Numbered from the stretch's first letter, positions 1 to 9,789 are shown. The stretch is DNA of 24,000 nucleotides from Firmicutes bacterium UBA3553 (GCA_002381185.1 DFOA01000041.1:57994-81993), one strand, 5' to 3'. Notes: generated by a model from the letters alone, not told the origin. Program-made: numbers and translations.

Positions 1-2
1 AG

Positions 3-992
3 GGCATGTATGATGAGCTTATAAACTCTGATAATTTAACCGGAAAGTTACTAGGGCAGAAAACTCCGCTAAAAAGAAATATCAGAAAACCGGAAAAATG
101 GTTTCCTGTAAAAAATGCTCATATACATAATTTAAAAAATGTTTCTGTGGATTTTCCCCTTGGAGTGTTGACAGTTATTGCAGGAGTTGCCGGCTCAGGG
201 AAAAGTTCATTGATGGAATATTTTCAAAATGTTTTTCATAAAAATGTAATTTCCATAAGCCAAAAAAACATTGGTATAAATTTACGCTCAACACCGGCTA
301 CATTTCTGGACATATCAGACAGCATAAGAAAATTATTTGCTAGTGAGAATAAAGTAAAACACAATTTATTCAGCTTCAATTCAAAAGGCGCATGCCCGGC
401 CTGCGGCGGCAAAGGCATTATTATTTCAGAAATGGCTTTTATGGATACTATAGAGACAGTGTGTGACGTGTGCCATGGCAAAAGATTTTCTAGGGATGTG
501 CTCAAATACACTTATCATAATAAAAATATTGCGGAAGTAATGGATTTTACTGTAGAAGAAGCAATAGAATTTTTCAGGGGAGAAAGTTTTGCAGAAAAGT
601 TTGAATCTCTTGAAAAAGTAGGGCTGGGATATCTCCATCTCAATCAGTCTATGACAACTTTGTCCGGCGGAGAGCTTCAGAGGGTCAAGCTTGCAAGTAA
701 GCTTAATCAAAAGGGTGCTGTTTTTATAATTGATGAGCCGACAGATGGTCTCCACCTGGATGATGTAAGAAAGCTCATGCAGCTTTTTAACAAGTTAGTT
801 GATGAAGGCAACAGCCTGTTTCTTGTTGAACACAGTCTTGAGGTCATGAAGGATGCGGATTATATAATAGAACTCGGGCCTGGCGGAGGAATGTCCGGAG
901 GCAATATCCTTTTCTCGGGAACTGTTAAAGATATGATTGATTCTGAAGCATCAATAACTAGGCCATATATAATTGACAGCCTGTCTCAATAA
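3..992 (+). CDS. UvrA-family ABC ATPase (excinuclease ABC subunit A or a paralogue), C-terminal ~330 aa; 5' end is outside the window
   Basis: The frame is open to the window edge. Motifs seen are Walker A GVAGSGKSS, Zn finger CPACGGKG...CDVCHGKRF, ABC signature LSGGELQRVKLA, Walker B FIIDEPTDGLH and H-loop LVEHS. This is the order of the second UvrA ATPase module. Confidence 0.85.
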   Translation, partial: GMYDELINSDNLTGKLLGQKTPLKRNIRKPEKWFPVKNAHIHNLKNVSVDFPLGVLTVIAGVAGSGKSSLMEYFQNVFHKNVISISQKNIGINLRSTPATFLDISDSIRKLFASENKVKHNLFSFNSKGACPACGGKGIIISEMAFMDTIETVCDVCHGKRFSRDVLKYTYHNKNIAEVMDFTVEEAIEFFRGESFAEKFESLEKVGLGYLHLNQSMTTLSGGELQRVKLASKLNQKGAVFIIDEPTDGLHLDDVRKLMQLFNKLVDEGNSLFLVEHSLEVMKDADYIIELGPGGGMSGGNILFSGTVKDMIDSEASITRPYIIDSLSQ

Positions 993-1063
993 ACTTGAAT
1001 GTGAATTGTTAACTCTTTAAAATTCGTCTGATTATATGTCATGCATTTTTTCTATAAACTATG

Positions 1064-1105
1064 CAGTATGGATATTTTGTCTTAATCCATACTGTGTTTT
1101 TATTT
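1064..1105 (+). terminator. Rho-independent terminator downstream of the UvrA-like gene
   Basis: 10-bp perfect stem CAGTATGGAT (1064-1073) / ATCCATACTG (1085-1094) with an 11-nt loop, followed by TGTTTTTATTTTT. Confidence 0.7.
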
Positions 1106-1178
1106 TTATTGCAAATACAGCTTGTCATCAGATCCTCAAGACTGCCATAAATTTCTAGTTTGAAAGTATAATAAATTG

Positions 1179-1206
1179 TTGACAAAATTATAAAAAGTGA
1201 TATTAT
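1179..1206 (+). promoter_or_regulatory. Sigma-A type promoter for the RpiR-led operon
   Basis: TTGACA (1179-1184), a 16-nt spacer ending in an extended -10 TG (1198-1199), then TATTAT (1201-1206). It lies about 70 nt upstream of the ATG at 1279. Confidence 0.55.
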
Positions 1207-1239
1207 TTAATTATGAAATATTTAATACATAACAATAAT

Positions 1240-1261
1240 AAATGAATTAAATAATTCATTT
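1240..1261. promoter_or_regulatory. 22-bp palindrome between promoter and RBS; candidate operator
   Basis: AAATGAATTA (1240-1249) - AA - TAATTCATTT (1252-1261), 10/10 complementary arms, immediately 5' of the GGAGAAGAGG Shine-Dalgarno of the regulator gene. Confidence 0.3.
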
Positions 1262-1278
1262 TGGAGAAGAGGTGTTTA

Positions 1279-2121
1279 ATGGATTTTATTAATTTGGTTA
1301 AAGACAAATTTGAAGTATTGTCAAAATCACATAAGAAGATAGCAAAATATATAATAGATAATTTTGAAAGCGTTATATTTGACACGGCTTCTGAATTGAG
1401 CAAAAAAGTTTCAGTAAGCGAGGTAACAGTTATAAGGTTTGCTTATGCATTAGGATTTGAAAGCTTTTCACATATGCGTAAAGCAATGGAAAAAAGCGTG
1501 GTCAATAATACGGAAAACACAGATATCAATATCAGCAAAGGCTTTTTTATGAATGGTCTGCCTGATTTGAAAAGAGATGAATATATACATAGACAAGTTT
1601 CACAGCTTAACAAAGCATATCAGAATATTGATTACGAAGAATTTAAAAAAATTTGTGAAATTTTAATGAGCAAAAAAAGAGTTTTGATAATTGGTTTTAT
1701 GGATTCCTTCGGCACTGCGTCTGAATTGCTGCATCTTTTTGACAGCATCCGAAGCAGAGTGTATTTTTCAAAGCTTATGTATGAAAACGCCTATACTTTT
1801 GATGATATAGACGAAGATTCTGCGACCGTTGTAGTATCGTTTGCACCTCATTATAAATATACAAAAGAGCAGGCCGAAATAGTCAAAAGAAACAAAAGCA
1901 CCATTATTACCATAACAGACAGCTTTATTAATCCCTTGAAGGATTTATCGGATTACTCGCTGATATTTAATTTAAGGAGAAATGAGCAGATAGGAGCAAT
2001 AGACACTTCGCCGGTCATAAGCTTTATTTATTTTATGATGAGTTATTTATATGAGAATTATAAAGATAAGATTGATGAATTCAAAGAAAGCAAAAAACGT
2101 TATGAAGAATATATAGATTGA
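1279..2121 (+). CDS. MurR/RpiR-family transcriptional regulator (N-terminal HTH_6 + C-terminal SIS phosphosugar-binding domain)
   Basis: The N-terminus MDFINLVKDKFEVLSKSHKKIAKYIIDNFE...SELSKKVSVSEVTVIRFAYALGF is the typical RpiR HTH, and the SIS-like segment is KRVLIIGFMDSFGTASEL. The start was moved from the TTG at 1261 to the ATG at 1279 because GGAGAAGAGG sits 5-8 nt upstream. Confidence 0.85.
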   Translation: MDFINLVKDKFEVLSKSHKKIAKYIIDNFESVIFDTASELSKKVSVSEVTVIRFAYALGFESFSHMRKAMEKSVVNNTENTDINISKGFFMNGLPDLKRDEYIHRQVSQLNKAYQNIDYEEFKKICEILMSKKRVLIIGFMDSFGTASELLHLFDSIRSRVYFSKLMYENAYTFDDIDEDSATVVVSFAPHYKYTKEQAEIVKRNKSTIITITDSFINPLKDLSDYSLIFNLRRNEQIGAIDTSPVISFIYFMMSYLYENYKDKIDEFKESKKRYEEYID

Positions 2122-2137
2122 AAGGAGTGAAATTAAA

Positions 2138-3766
2138 ATGAAAGAAAAAATTGTACATATTTTAAAGGAAACCGTTTCTATTAACAGTTTTTCCGCAACA
2201 GAAAAGGAAAATAAAGTGCCGGAGTATTTATATGATTATATGAAAAACATGGAATACTTTGCGGAAAATCCGAATCTGTTCGGTAATTTTGAGATTGAAA
2301 ATGATTACCTGGACAGAAAGGTTGCATATGGGCTGGTAAGAGGTAAATCCAATAAGACGGTTGTGCTCATGAATCATTATGATGTTGTGGGAATAGATGA
2401 TTATGGCAGCATAAAGGACTATGCATTTGATATTGAAAAACTTCCTGAGAAGATTAAGGAAATCAGTATCAATTCAGAAGCCCTGGAGGATTTGAATTCC
2501 GGTGAATGGATTTTCGGAAGAGGCGCGGCAGATATGAAGGGCGGACTGGCAATTCAGCTTGCATATCTGGAAAAGTACTCGGAGATGAAAGAAAAAGAAG
2601 GCAATATTCTTTTTATTTCAGTTCCGGATGAGGAATCTTATTCTGCCGGAATGAGAGGAGCTGTTAAGCTGCTAAGTGTGCTTAAAGATAAATTTAACCT
2701 TGAATATTCTTTTTTAATCGACTGTGAGCCGAATTTTAAAATTAACGGCAAACATGTTGTCTCTTTAGGCACGGCAGGAAAGTGTATGCCGGTGATTTTA
2801 GTACAGGGTCAGAAATCACATATATGCAGATGCTTTGACGGTCTGAATCCCATCGGGGTTTTAGGAGAGATTTTTTCAAGGACAGAACTGTCTTTGGAAT
2901 TCAGTGATGAACTTGATGGAGAAGTTACGGTTCCTCCAACATGGAATTATTTTAAAGATATGAAGGTGGAGTATGATGTGTCAATACCTATCAGAGCCTG
3001 CGGATATTTTAGCGTAATAAGCTTTTACACATCGCCTGATGAAATTTTGGAGAAACTGAGAAAAATTTCGTCTGATTCTTTTGAAGCATATGTAGACAAG
3101 ATGAAAAAGATATACAGGGAATATAAGTGCAAGAATATGTATTCTTCAGAAAGAGAAATCGATTTTAAACCCATAGTGCTCTCGTTTGAAGAACTTATGA
3201 ATATTGCTTCTGAAAAAGATAAGGAAGGGTTCAGTGCTTTTTATAAAAAGCTTTACGATGAAATTTCAGAAAAAGTAGTTAAAAATGAAATAAATTATCC
3301 CCAGGCGACTATTCAGATAATGGATGCGGTTCTGAATTTCACAGGTATAAGCTATCCGGTTACAGTGCTGGGATTTGCTCCCCCTTATTATCCTGCGCTA
3401 AACAGCAGAAAAATCAGCGGCAAGGGACATATAATTGACGAATGCTATAATTTGATAAGAGATTATTCACATGACAAATTCAATTATGATTTAACTTATG
3501 AAAATTACACCGTGGGACTTTCAGACTGCAGCTACTGTGCGGTTGACAAGGTGTTCGATTACAACAGTTTTTCTCTCAATACCCCTATGTGGGGCAAATT
3601 ATATTCTATAGATTTTGAAAATATAGAAAGACTGAATATACCTTCAATTATATTCGGGCCTTGGGGCAAGGACTATCATCAGGCAACAGAAAGGGTAAAC
3701 AAAGAAAGCCTGACTGTTATTGTACCGGAATTGATTGAAGAAATAACAAATTATATATTCAAATAA
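2138..3766 (+). CDS. M20-family metallopeptidase/deacylase, long RocB-like form (542 aa)
   Basis: Metal and catalytic motifs MNHYDVVG, GRGAADMKGG and SVPDEES. The length and extra C-terminal region resemble B. subtilis RocB-type M20 proteins. RBS AAAGGAG. Confidence 0.75.
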   Translation: MKEKIVHILKETVSINSFSATEKENKVPEYLYDYMKNMEYFAENPNLFGNFEIENDYLDRKVAYGLVRGKSNKTVVLMNHYDVVGIDDYGSIKDYAFDIEKLPEKIKEISINSEALEDLNSGEWIFGRGAADMKGGLAIQLAYLEKYSEMKEKEGNILFISVPDEESYSAGMRGAVKLLSVLKDKFNLEYSFLIDCEPNFKINGKHVVSLGTAGKCMPVILVQGQKSHICRCFDGLNPIGVLGEIFSRTELSLEFSDELDGEVTVPPTWNYFKDMKVEYDVSIPIRACGYFSVISFYTSPDEILEKLRKISSDSFEAYVDKMKKIYREYKCKNMYSSEREIDFKPIVLSFEELMNIASEKDKEGFSAFYKKLYDEISEKVVKNEINYPQATIQIMDAVLNFTGISYPVTVLGFAPPYYPALNSRKISGKGHIIDECYNLIRDYSHDKFNYDLTYENYTVGLSDCSYCAVDKVFDYNSFSLNTPMWGKLYSIDFENIERLNIPSIIFGPWGKDYHQATERVNKESLTVIVPELIEEITNYIFK

Positions 3767-3792
3767 AAATAACATTTAAATGGAGGTTGACT

Positions 3793-4263
3793 ATGTTTAA
3801 AGCTATGAGAAGGAAAGACAGACAAATTTCAGATGACGAAAGCCGTGAAATTTTAAGCCGCGGTGAATATGGAGTAATCGGAACAATTGGAATAAACGGG
3901 TATCCATGCTCAACTCCGTTAAATTATGTGCTGGACGGAGACAACATTTATGTTCATTTTTTTATAAGCGGCGGGAATATACACGAAAGTATTACCTCCA
4001 ACAATAAGGTATCATTTACCTATGTGGGAAAAACAACCGTGCTTGAAGATGAGTTCGTAACAAACTATGAAAGTGTAATGGTTTTTGGGAAGGCAGAAAT
4101 AGCTGATGATGAAGAAAAGAGACATGCACTTGTCTTAATGGTGGACAAGTATTCGCCAAACTTTAAAAAACAAGGTCTGGAGCATATTGATGAGGATTTC
4201 GACGTTGCATGTGTTGTAAAAATAAAAATCGAACATATAACGGGAAAGGCAAGAAGAGGCTGA
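3793..4263 (+). CDS. Pyridoxamine 5'-phosphate oxidase family (FMN-binding split-barrel, NimA-like) protein
   Basis: The N-terminus M(F)KAMRRKDRQISDDESREILSRGEYGVIGTIGINGYPCSTPLNYV is characteristic of the Pyridox_ox_2 family. The ATG at 3793 lies 6 nt after GGAGG (3782-3786), whereas the track start is the TTG at 3787. Confidence 0.8.
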   Translation: MFKAMRRKDRQISDDESREILSRGEYGVIGTIGINGYPCSTPLNYVLDGDNIYVHFFISGGNIHESITSNNKVSFTYVGKTTVLEDEFVTNYESVMVFGKAEIADDEEKRHALVLMVDKYSPNFKKQGLEHIDEDFDVACVVKIKIEHITGKARRG

Positions 4264-4301
4264 TGAACTAACCGGCTGAAATACTTATAAGGAGCAGGAA
4301 A

Positions 4302-5267
4302 ATGGCAAGATATCTTAGAAAAAGAATATTAACTGGAATTCTTGTAATTTTAGTTTCATTAGTCATAAACTTTTTATTAATACATATGGCTCCGGGAAAT
4401 CCCATCAGTCTCTTGGCGGGTAAAGACAACCCTTCTCAGGAAATGATCGATTCATTAACGGAAAAATACGGACTTAATGATCCCATACATATTCAGTTTA
4501 TCAACTATATAAAGACGCTGATGAAGGGTGATCTCGGATATTCCATAATGAGCAGTGAACCTGTAAGTAAATTAATTATCGAAAAGGTCGGACCTACATT
4601 GCTTTTATCTCTGACAGGCATAATACTGGCCTTGATAATAGGAACATCGGCAGGCATTTATGCCGCAAGGAAAAGGGGATCATTATTCGATTCCGCAATG
4701 TGCGGAGTATCGTATTTATTTGATTCCACACCGGGCTTTTGGCTTGGGCTCATGCTGATTCTTATATTCGCATCAACTCTGAAAATCCTTCCTACTGCCG
4801 GAATGGTGGATTTAAGGGCACAAAACGAAGGATTTGCAAAAGTTCTTGATATCCTTAAGCATTTAGTATTGCCTCTGACAACAGTTACTTTAATCCAGAT
4901 ACCGTACTTTTTCCGTATAGCGAGGGCATCTGTAATCCAAACCATGTCTGAAGATTACATAACTACATTCAGGGCTGCGGGAATGAAAGAAGGCAAAATA
5001 TTTAAAAGATATATATTTAAAAATTCCATGCTTCCCACAATAACAGTATTCGGTATAAACCTGGCATACGTTATATCGGGAGTTGCAATTATTGAAATTG
5101 TATTTGCATGGCCAGGGATGGGCAGGTTGATGATGACGGCAATTTCTAAAAGGGATTACCCGCTGCTTATGGGAATTTATCTTGTTCTGTCGGTTTCCAT
5201 AGCTGTCTGTATGATTGTTGTGGATGTGGTTTATGCCGTTATTGATCCGCGAATAAGATATGATTGA
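4302..5267 (+). CDS. Peptide/nickel (Opp/Dpp-type) ABC transporter permease, OppB/DppB-like
   Basis: The typical N-terminus RKRILTGILVILVSLVINFLLIHMAPGNP, six hydrophobic segments and the EAA-loop region SEDYITTFRAAGMKEGKIFKRYIFKNS. Confidence 0.9.
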   Translation: MARYLRKRILTGILVILVSLVINFLLIHMAPGNPISLLAGKDNPSQEMIDSLTEKYGLNDPIHIQFINYIKTLMKGDLGYSIMSSEPVSKLIIEKVGPTLLLSLTGIILALIIGTSAGIYAARKRGSLFDSAMCGVSYLFDSTPGFWLGLMLILIFASTLKILPTAGMVDLRAQNEGFAKVLDILKHLVLPLTTVTLIQIPYFFRIARASVIQTMSEDYITTFRAAGMKEGKIFKRYIFKNSMLPTITVFGINLAYVISGVAIIEIVFAWPGMGRLMMTAISKRDYPLLMGIYLVLSVSIAVCMIVVDVVYAVIDPRIRYD

Positions 5268-5286
5268 GATAGAGGAGGTATTAAAA

Positions 5287-6147
5287 ATGAACGGTTCAAA
5301 CAGCTTAAAAGCAAAATTTAAAAGAGCATTATCCTCCATAAACAGTGTTAAGCAGCTTAAAGCAGGGATAATCCTGCTTGCTGTAATCATTTTTCTTGCT
5401 GTGTTCGCACCTTTGCTCGTCACTCATGATCCATTTGCACTCAATGATGATATGGTAGAGCCTCCCGGAAGTGATTACATACTTGGTACAGATGGCTTAG
5501 GAAGAGATATATACAGCGGAATATTGTACGGAGCGCGCACATCTATAGTTATAGGTATTGTGGCTGCTTCTATATCCGGAATTATAGGAACTCTCATAGG
5601 AGGTGTTTCGGGATTTTACGGAGGTAAAATCGATGCGGTTTTATCTGAGGTAATAAACATATTTCTGATGATGCCAACCTTTTTCCTTATACTTATCATT
5701 GTGGCGCTGTTCGGGTCAAGCATGCTGAACGTAATGATAGTAATCGGGCTGACAACATGGACCGGAAATTCGCGGCTCATGAGAGCCCAGGCCTTGTCAC
5801 TTAAGCAGAGGACATTTGTAAAGGCTTTGGAAACTATTGGTGAGAGCAGATTTAAAATTCTGGTCAAACATATTATTCCAAACGGAATATTTCCCATCAT
5901 TGCCAACACTACCATGAACATATCAGGTGCGATACTGACAGAATCGGCATTAAGTTTTTTAGGGCTTGGAGATCCTAATATTATCAGCTGGGGACAAATG
6001 GTGTATAACGGAAAAGCATACCTTACAAACGGATGGTGGATATCAACATTTTCAGGCGCTGCTATTGTACTTACGGTTTTGACATTTTACTTAATCGGTG
6101 ACGGAATGAACAACATACTGAGTCCAAAGCTGAACGGTAATAAATAG
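5287..6147 (+). CDS. Peptide/nickel ABC transporter permease, OppC/DppC-like
   Basis: The motif GTDGLGRDIYSGILYGARTS and the EAA region ALSLKQRTFVKALETIGESRFKILVKHIIPN. The ATG at 5287 lies 8 nt after GAGGAGG. An alternative start is the ATG at 5260, which overlaps the upstream stop. Confidence 0.88.
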   Translation: MNGSNSLKAKFKRALSSINSVKQLKAGIILLAVIIFLAVFAPLLVTHDPFALNDDMVEPPGSDYILGTDGLGRDIYSGILYGARTSIVIGIVAASISGIIGTLIGGVSGFYGGKIDAVLSEVINIFLMMPTFFLILIIVALFGSSMLNVMIVIGLTTWTGNSRLMRAQALSLKQRTFVKALETIGESRFKILVKHIIPNGIFPIIANTTMNISGAILTESALSFLGLGDPNIISWGQMVYNGKAYLTNGWWISTFSGAAIVLTVLTFYLIGDGMNNILSPKLNGNK

Positions 6148-6156
6148 GAGGCTTTT

Positions 6157-7122
6157 ATGGCATTATTATCAATTAAAAATGAAAATGTGATTTATAAGGT
6201 TAAAAATAAAAATATTCATGCTGTCAATAATGTATCATTTGATATTGAACAGCAGGATTCTCTTGGCATAGTAGGAGAATCAGGCTCGGGAAAATCAACC
6301 CTTGCTTTGTCAATATTGAGATTGCTGCCACAAAAGATAACTGAAGTGAGTGGTGAGGTAATTTTTGAAGACATCAATTTGTTGGGCTTAAGTGAAAGTG
6401 AGCTTGAAAACATAAGATGGAAGGAAATTTCTGTTGTATTCCAGAAATCAATGAATTCATTAAGCCCTATCCATAAAATCGGCAGCCAGATGTCGGATAT
6501 ATATATGCTGCATAATAAAACTGCCTCCAAGGCAGAAGTAAAGAGCAAGATGCTGGAGCTTTTAGAATTGGTAAATCTGCCCCAAAGAGTGTATACAATG
6601 TACCAGCACGAGCTGTCAGGCGGCATGATGCAGAGAGTATCCATTGCACTGAGTCTGATGCATAATCCGAAGCTCATTATCATGGACGAGGCAACAACAG
6701 CTTTGGATGTTATAACACAGGGGCAGATATTAAGTGAAATAACAGAGCTTGAAAAAAGACTTAATATAACCCGTATAATGATAACCCATGACATGTCTGT
6801 GGTTGCAAATACATGCAAAAAAATTGCGGTAATGTATGCGGGATATCTCGTTGAGTTCGGGTTTGTAAAAGATATAATATCAAATCCGAAACATCCGTAT
6901 ACTCAAGGGCTTTTGAAGTCATTTCCCACATTGAAAGGCGAAAGAGGAGTTCTGAGAGGTATATCCGGTTCGTTGCCGGATTTGAGTGCTCAGCACGAGG
7001 GATGTATATTTGAAAGCAGGTGCCCGGCAAAGAAAGAGAAATGCTTAAAAGAAAAGCCCAGGACAGTCATGCTGGAAAATGGACGCATGGTAATGTGTCA
7101 TTCTGCGGGAGGAGATAATTAA
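6157..7122 (+). CDS. Peptide ABC transporter ATP-binding protein, OppD/DppD-like
   Basis: Walker A GESGSGKST, signature LSGGMMQRV, Walker B IIMDEATTALD, H-loop ITHD and a C-terminal oligo_HPY-like region KHPYTQGLL with a cysteine cluster. Confidence 0.9.
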   Translation: MALLSIKNENVIYKVKNKNIHAVNNVSFDIEQQDSLGIVGESGSGKSTLALSILRLLPQKITEVSGEVIFEDINLLGLSESELENIRWKEISVVFQKSMNSLSPIHKIGSQMSDIYMLHNKTASKAEVKSKMLELLELVNLPQRVYTMYQHELSGGMMQRVSIALSLMHNPKLIIMDEATTALDVITQGQILSEITELEKRLNITRIMITHDMSVVANTCKKIAVMYAGYLVEFGFVKDIISNPKHPYTQGLLKSFPTLKGERGVLRGISGSLPDLSAQHEGCIFESRCPAKKEKCLKEKPRTVMLENGRMVMCHSAGGDN

Positions 7123-7123
7123 T

Positions 7124-8119
7124 ATGGAAAATAATTATACTTTAGAAGTCAATAATGTCCTTAAATATTATACGCAGAGGGTAAAAGAAAAAAAACAATT
7201 CGGCGCTGTAAAAAAAACCGTCAAGGCAGTTGATGGCATAAGCTTCAAATTAGAGGCCGGAGAAGTAATAGGTGTCATCGGCGAATCCGGATGCGGAAAG
7301 TCCACATTGGCTAAGCTTCTGACAAAACTTGAACAGCCTACTCAGGGTGAAATTTTAATTAACGGAGAATCCTCTGATGAAATGATAAAAAAGGACAGAC
7401 TTAAGTACAAGAGAACGATTCAGATGGTTTTTCAAAATCCTTTTGACACATTTGACCCCAGAAATACCATAGAGAAGGTAATTGTTGAAACCTTAAAGCT
7501 GCACGGCATAGGTAAAACATATGATGAGAGAATATCAACAGCCGTCAAGGCAATGGAGGAAGTAGGGTTAACTCCCGCGGAAGATTATTTGCACAGGTTT
7601 CCTCATGAACTGTCGGGAGGGCAGCTTCAGCGCATTTCAATATTGAGGGCAATGCTGTTAAAACCAAAATTTCTCATAGCAGATGAGCCGGTTTCAATGC
7701 TTGATGTCTCGGTAAGAGCAGATATAATCAGGATGCTTCAGGATTTGGTCCATGACAGCAATGCAGCATTGATATTTATAAGTCATGATATAAATACCAC
7801 AAGATATATATCGGATAAAATAGTCGTAATGTATCTAGGGAGAATAGTTGAGTCAGGAACAACTGATTATGTATTACACAACCCTGTGCATCCCTATACA
7901 AAGACATTGATATCCAACTGCGCATCCATCGACATGGATGAAAAGACAAATATAATAAAGATAACAGGAGAACCCCCAACTCCCATCGATAACGGACCGG
8001 GCTGTTATTTTGCACCAAGATGTTATATGAAAAAAGACATATGTTTTAAAGAATATCCTAAACAAACAGTCATAGAAAATAATCATTTTGCTTCATGTCA
8101 TTTTATTAATGATAATTGA
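7124..8119 (+). CDS. Peptide ABC transporter ATP-binding protein, OppF/DppF-like
   Basis: Walker A GESGCGKST, signature LSGGQLQRI, Walker B LIADEPVSMLD, H-loop ISHD and a C-terminal VHPYTKTLI region with a cysteine cluster. Confidence 0.9.
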   Translation: MENNYTLEVNNVLKYYTQRVKEKKQFGAVKKTVKAVDGISFKLEAGEVIGVIGESGCGKSTLAKLLTKLEQPTQGEILINGESSDEMIKKDRLKYKRTIQMVFQNPFDTFDPRNTIEKVIVETLKLHGIGKTYDERISTAVKAMEEVGLTPAEDYLHRFPHELSGGQLQRISILRAMLLKPKFLIADEPVSMLDVSVRADIIRMLQDLVHDSNAALIFISHDINTTRYISDKIVVMYLGRIVESGTTDYVLHNPVHPYTKTLISNCASIDMDEKTNIIKITGEPPTPIDNGPGCYFAPRCYMKKDICFKEYPKQTVIENNHFASCHFINDN

Positions 8120-8175
8120 TTTATTAATACGAATAGAAAACTTTTAAGTTTTCCAATATAAATTAGGAGGAGAAA

Positions 8176-9789
8176 ATGAAAAAAATATCTTTATTATTGG
8201 CAGTCTGTCTAATCATGGGAATGCTTGCGGGATGCGGCAGTACCAGCACGGGAAATGAGGCTCCGGCAAGCGAGCCGAAAACATCGGCTGATAACTCATC
8301 AGTAGACACACCTAAAAAAGGCGGAACATTGATAGTGGGAATGACTGGTGACCCTGCAACCTACAATCCGGATTTTCAAGCTGATGGATACTTGCAGCCA
8401 ATTGCGGAAAATATCTTTAACAGATTAGTAAAAATAACAAATGAACAAAAGATAGTACCTGACTTGGCTAAAAGCTATGAAATATCTGAGGATGGAAAAG
8501 AAATAACATTTCACTTAAATGAAAATGTTAAATGGCATGACGGAGAAGCATTCTCATCAGCAGACGTAAAATTTACATTTGATACTATCATCAGCCAAAA
8601 CGGACAACTGGCAGGATCGTTGACATCTGTGGAGGAAATAACCGCACCGGATGACAACACGGTTGTATTTAAGCTTAAAAACAATGATTCTTCACTGCTT
8701 GGATATCTGGCATGGGATGCATGCTACATTATACCTAAGCATATCTATGAAGGAAGCGACTGGGGTACAAACCCTGCAAATCAAAATCCTATAGGAACAG
8801 GACCTTTTAAATTTGTAAAACACGAAAAGGGTGTAAGTGTCACTCTCGAAAGATTTGACGATTATTGGGGAGATGTGGCGTATCTGGATAAAGTAATTTT
8901 TTCTATAATTCCGGATGCAAATACAGCGGTTCAAGCCTTGTATAACAATGAGCTGGATGTGTTGGGAATAGAACCGCCTCTGTCTGAAATACAAAGGTTT
9001 CAATCTGATTCAAACCTTAAAATCGGTAAGCAGTATTGGCCATCCAGATATTATGTGTTTTTTAATGTAAAAGACAGCATGTTTGCCAATGAAAAGTTAA
9101 GACAGGCTGTTTCACTTGGTATTGATAAGGATGATATAATCAAAAAGGCATTAAAAGGCGTAGGCGAAAGATCCAATACTGCTATGACTCCTGTATACGA
9201 CTGGGCCTTGAACACCACTGATGTATTTCCGGAAAGAGATGTTGAAAAGGCAAGACAGCTTATAGAAGAAGCCGGCTACAAGGCAGATTCAAACGGTATA
9301 TATTTCAGCGCATCCTTTGATGTGTTCAATATTGAGCCTTTTCCTGATATAGCAGCCATATTGAAGGATAATTTAAAAGAAATCGGTATTGATGTTAAAA
9401 TCAATGTAATGGAAGGTGCTGCCTGGGATGAAAAGGTGTGGTACGGAAGAAATTATGAATTTTCGCTGCTTGCCGGATATCAGGGACCTGATCCTGGAGC
9501 ACTTAAACCAAGATTCGCAACTGATGAAGTTATTAATTTAATGGGTTATTCAAATCCGAAGGTTGATGAAGTTCTGACCAAGGGTGCAGCATATGTAGAA
9601 CAGGATGAAAGAGCACCGTACTATAAAGAAGCCCAGAAGTACATTGTTGAAGATGTTCCCATAGTTCCAATATCAGAATATATATCTGTCATACCGTATC
9701 AGTCATATATTATGGGACACCCCACATCGGAAGAGGCTATAGATAAAACCGGATTCCATGAATACACTTATGTTTGGCTGAACAAATAA
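8176..9789 (+). CDS. ABC transporter substrate-binding lipoprotein, family 5 (peptide/nickel)
   Basis: Signal peptide with lipobox LAGC (Cys20) and a Ser/Thr/Pro-rich linker. The body shows typical SBP_bac_5 features (GGTLIVG..., KWHDGEAFSSADVKFTF, ERFDDYWG). Strong RBS AGGAGGAG. Confidence 0.9.
   Translation: MKKISLLLAVCLIMGMLAGCGSTSTGNEAPASEPKTSADNSSVDTPKKGGTLIVGMTGDPATYNPDFQADGYLQPIAENIFNRLVKITNEQKIVPDLAKSYEISEDGKEITFHLNENVKWHDGEAFSSADVKFTFDTIISQNGQLAGSLTSVEEITAPDDNTVVFKLKNNDSSLLGYLAWDACYIIPKHIYEGSDWGTNPANQNPIGTGPFKFVKHEKGVSVTLERFDDYWGDVAYLDKVIFSIIPDANTAVQALYNNELDVLGIEPPLSEIQRFQSDSNLKIGKQYWPSRYYVFFNVKDSMFANEKLRQAVSLGIDKDDIIKKALKGVGERSNTAMTPVYDWALNTTDVFPERDVEKARQLIEEAGYKADSNGIYFSASFDVFNIEPFPDIAAILKDNLKEIGIDVKINVMEGAAWDEKVWYGRNYEFSLLAGYQGPDPGALKPRFATDEVINLMGYSNPKVDEVLTKGAAYVEQDERAPYYKEAQKYIVEDVPIVPISEYISVIPYQSYIMGHPTSEEAIDKTGFHEYTYVWLNK

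Noticed and set aside
3-992. UvrA-like gene as a drug-resistance-type UvrA paralogue
   Set aside because: Only the C-terminal ATPase module is visible. The features that distinguish true UvrA from paralogues (the UvrB-binding and insertion domains) lie outside the window, so no claim can be made.
1203-1403. 66-aa minus-strand ORF overlapping the RpiR promoter and start
   Set aside because: It is AT-rich low-complexity sequence with no SD, and it overlaps a confidently called CDS and its control region.
4658-8086. Multiple 60-200-aa minus-strand ORFs inside the ABC transporter genes (for example 4890-5423 and 6216-6818)
   Set aside because: All are antisense to confidently identified permease and ATPase genes, and they lack SDs and family motifs.
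8136-8153. Palindrome GAAAACTT-TT-AAGTTTTC between the second ATPase gene and the binding-protein gene
   Set aside because: The hairpin is short and AT-rich with a 2-nt centre and no T-tract. It could be an mRNA-stability element, but I cannot distinguish it from chance.
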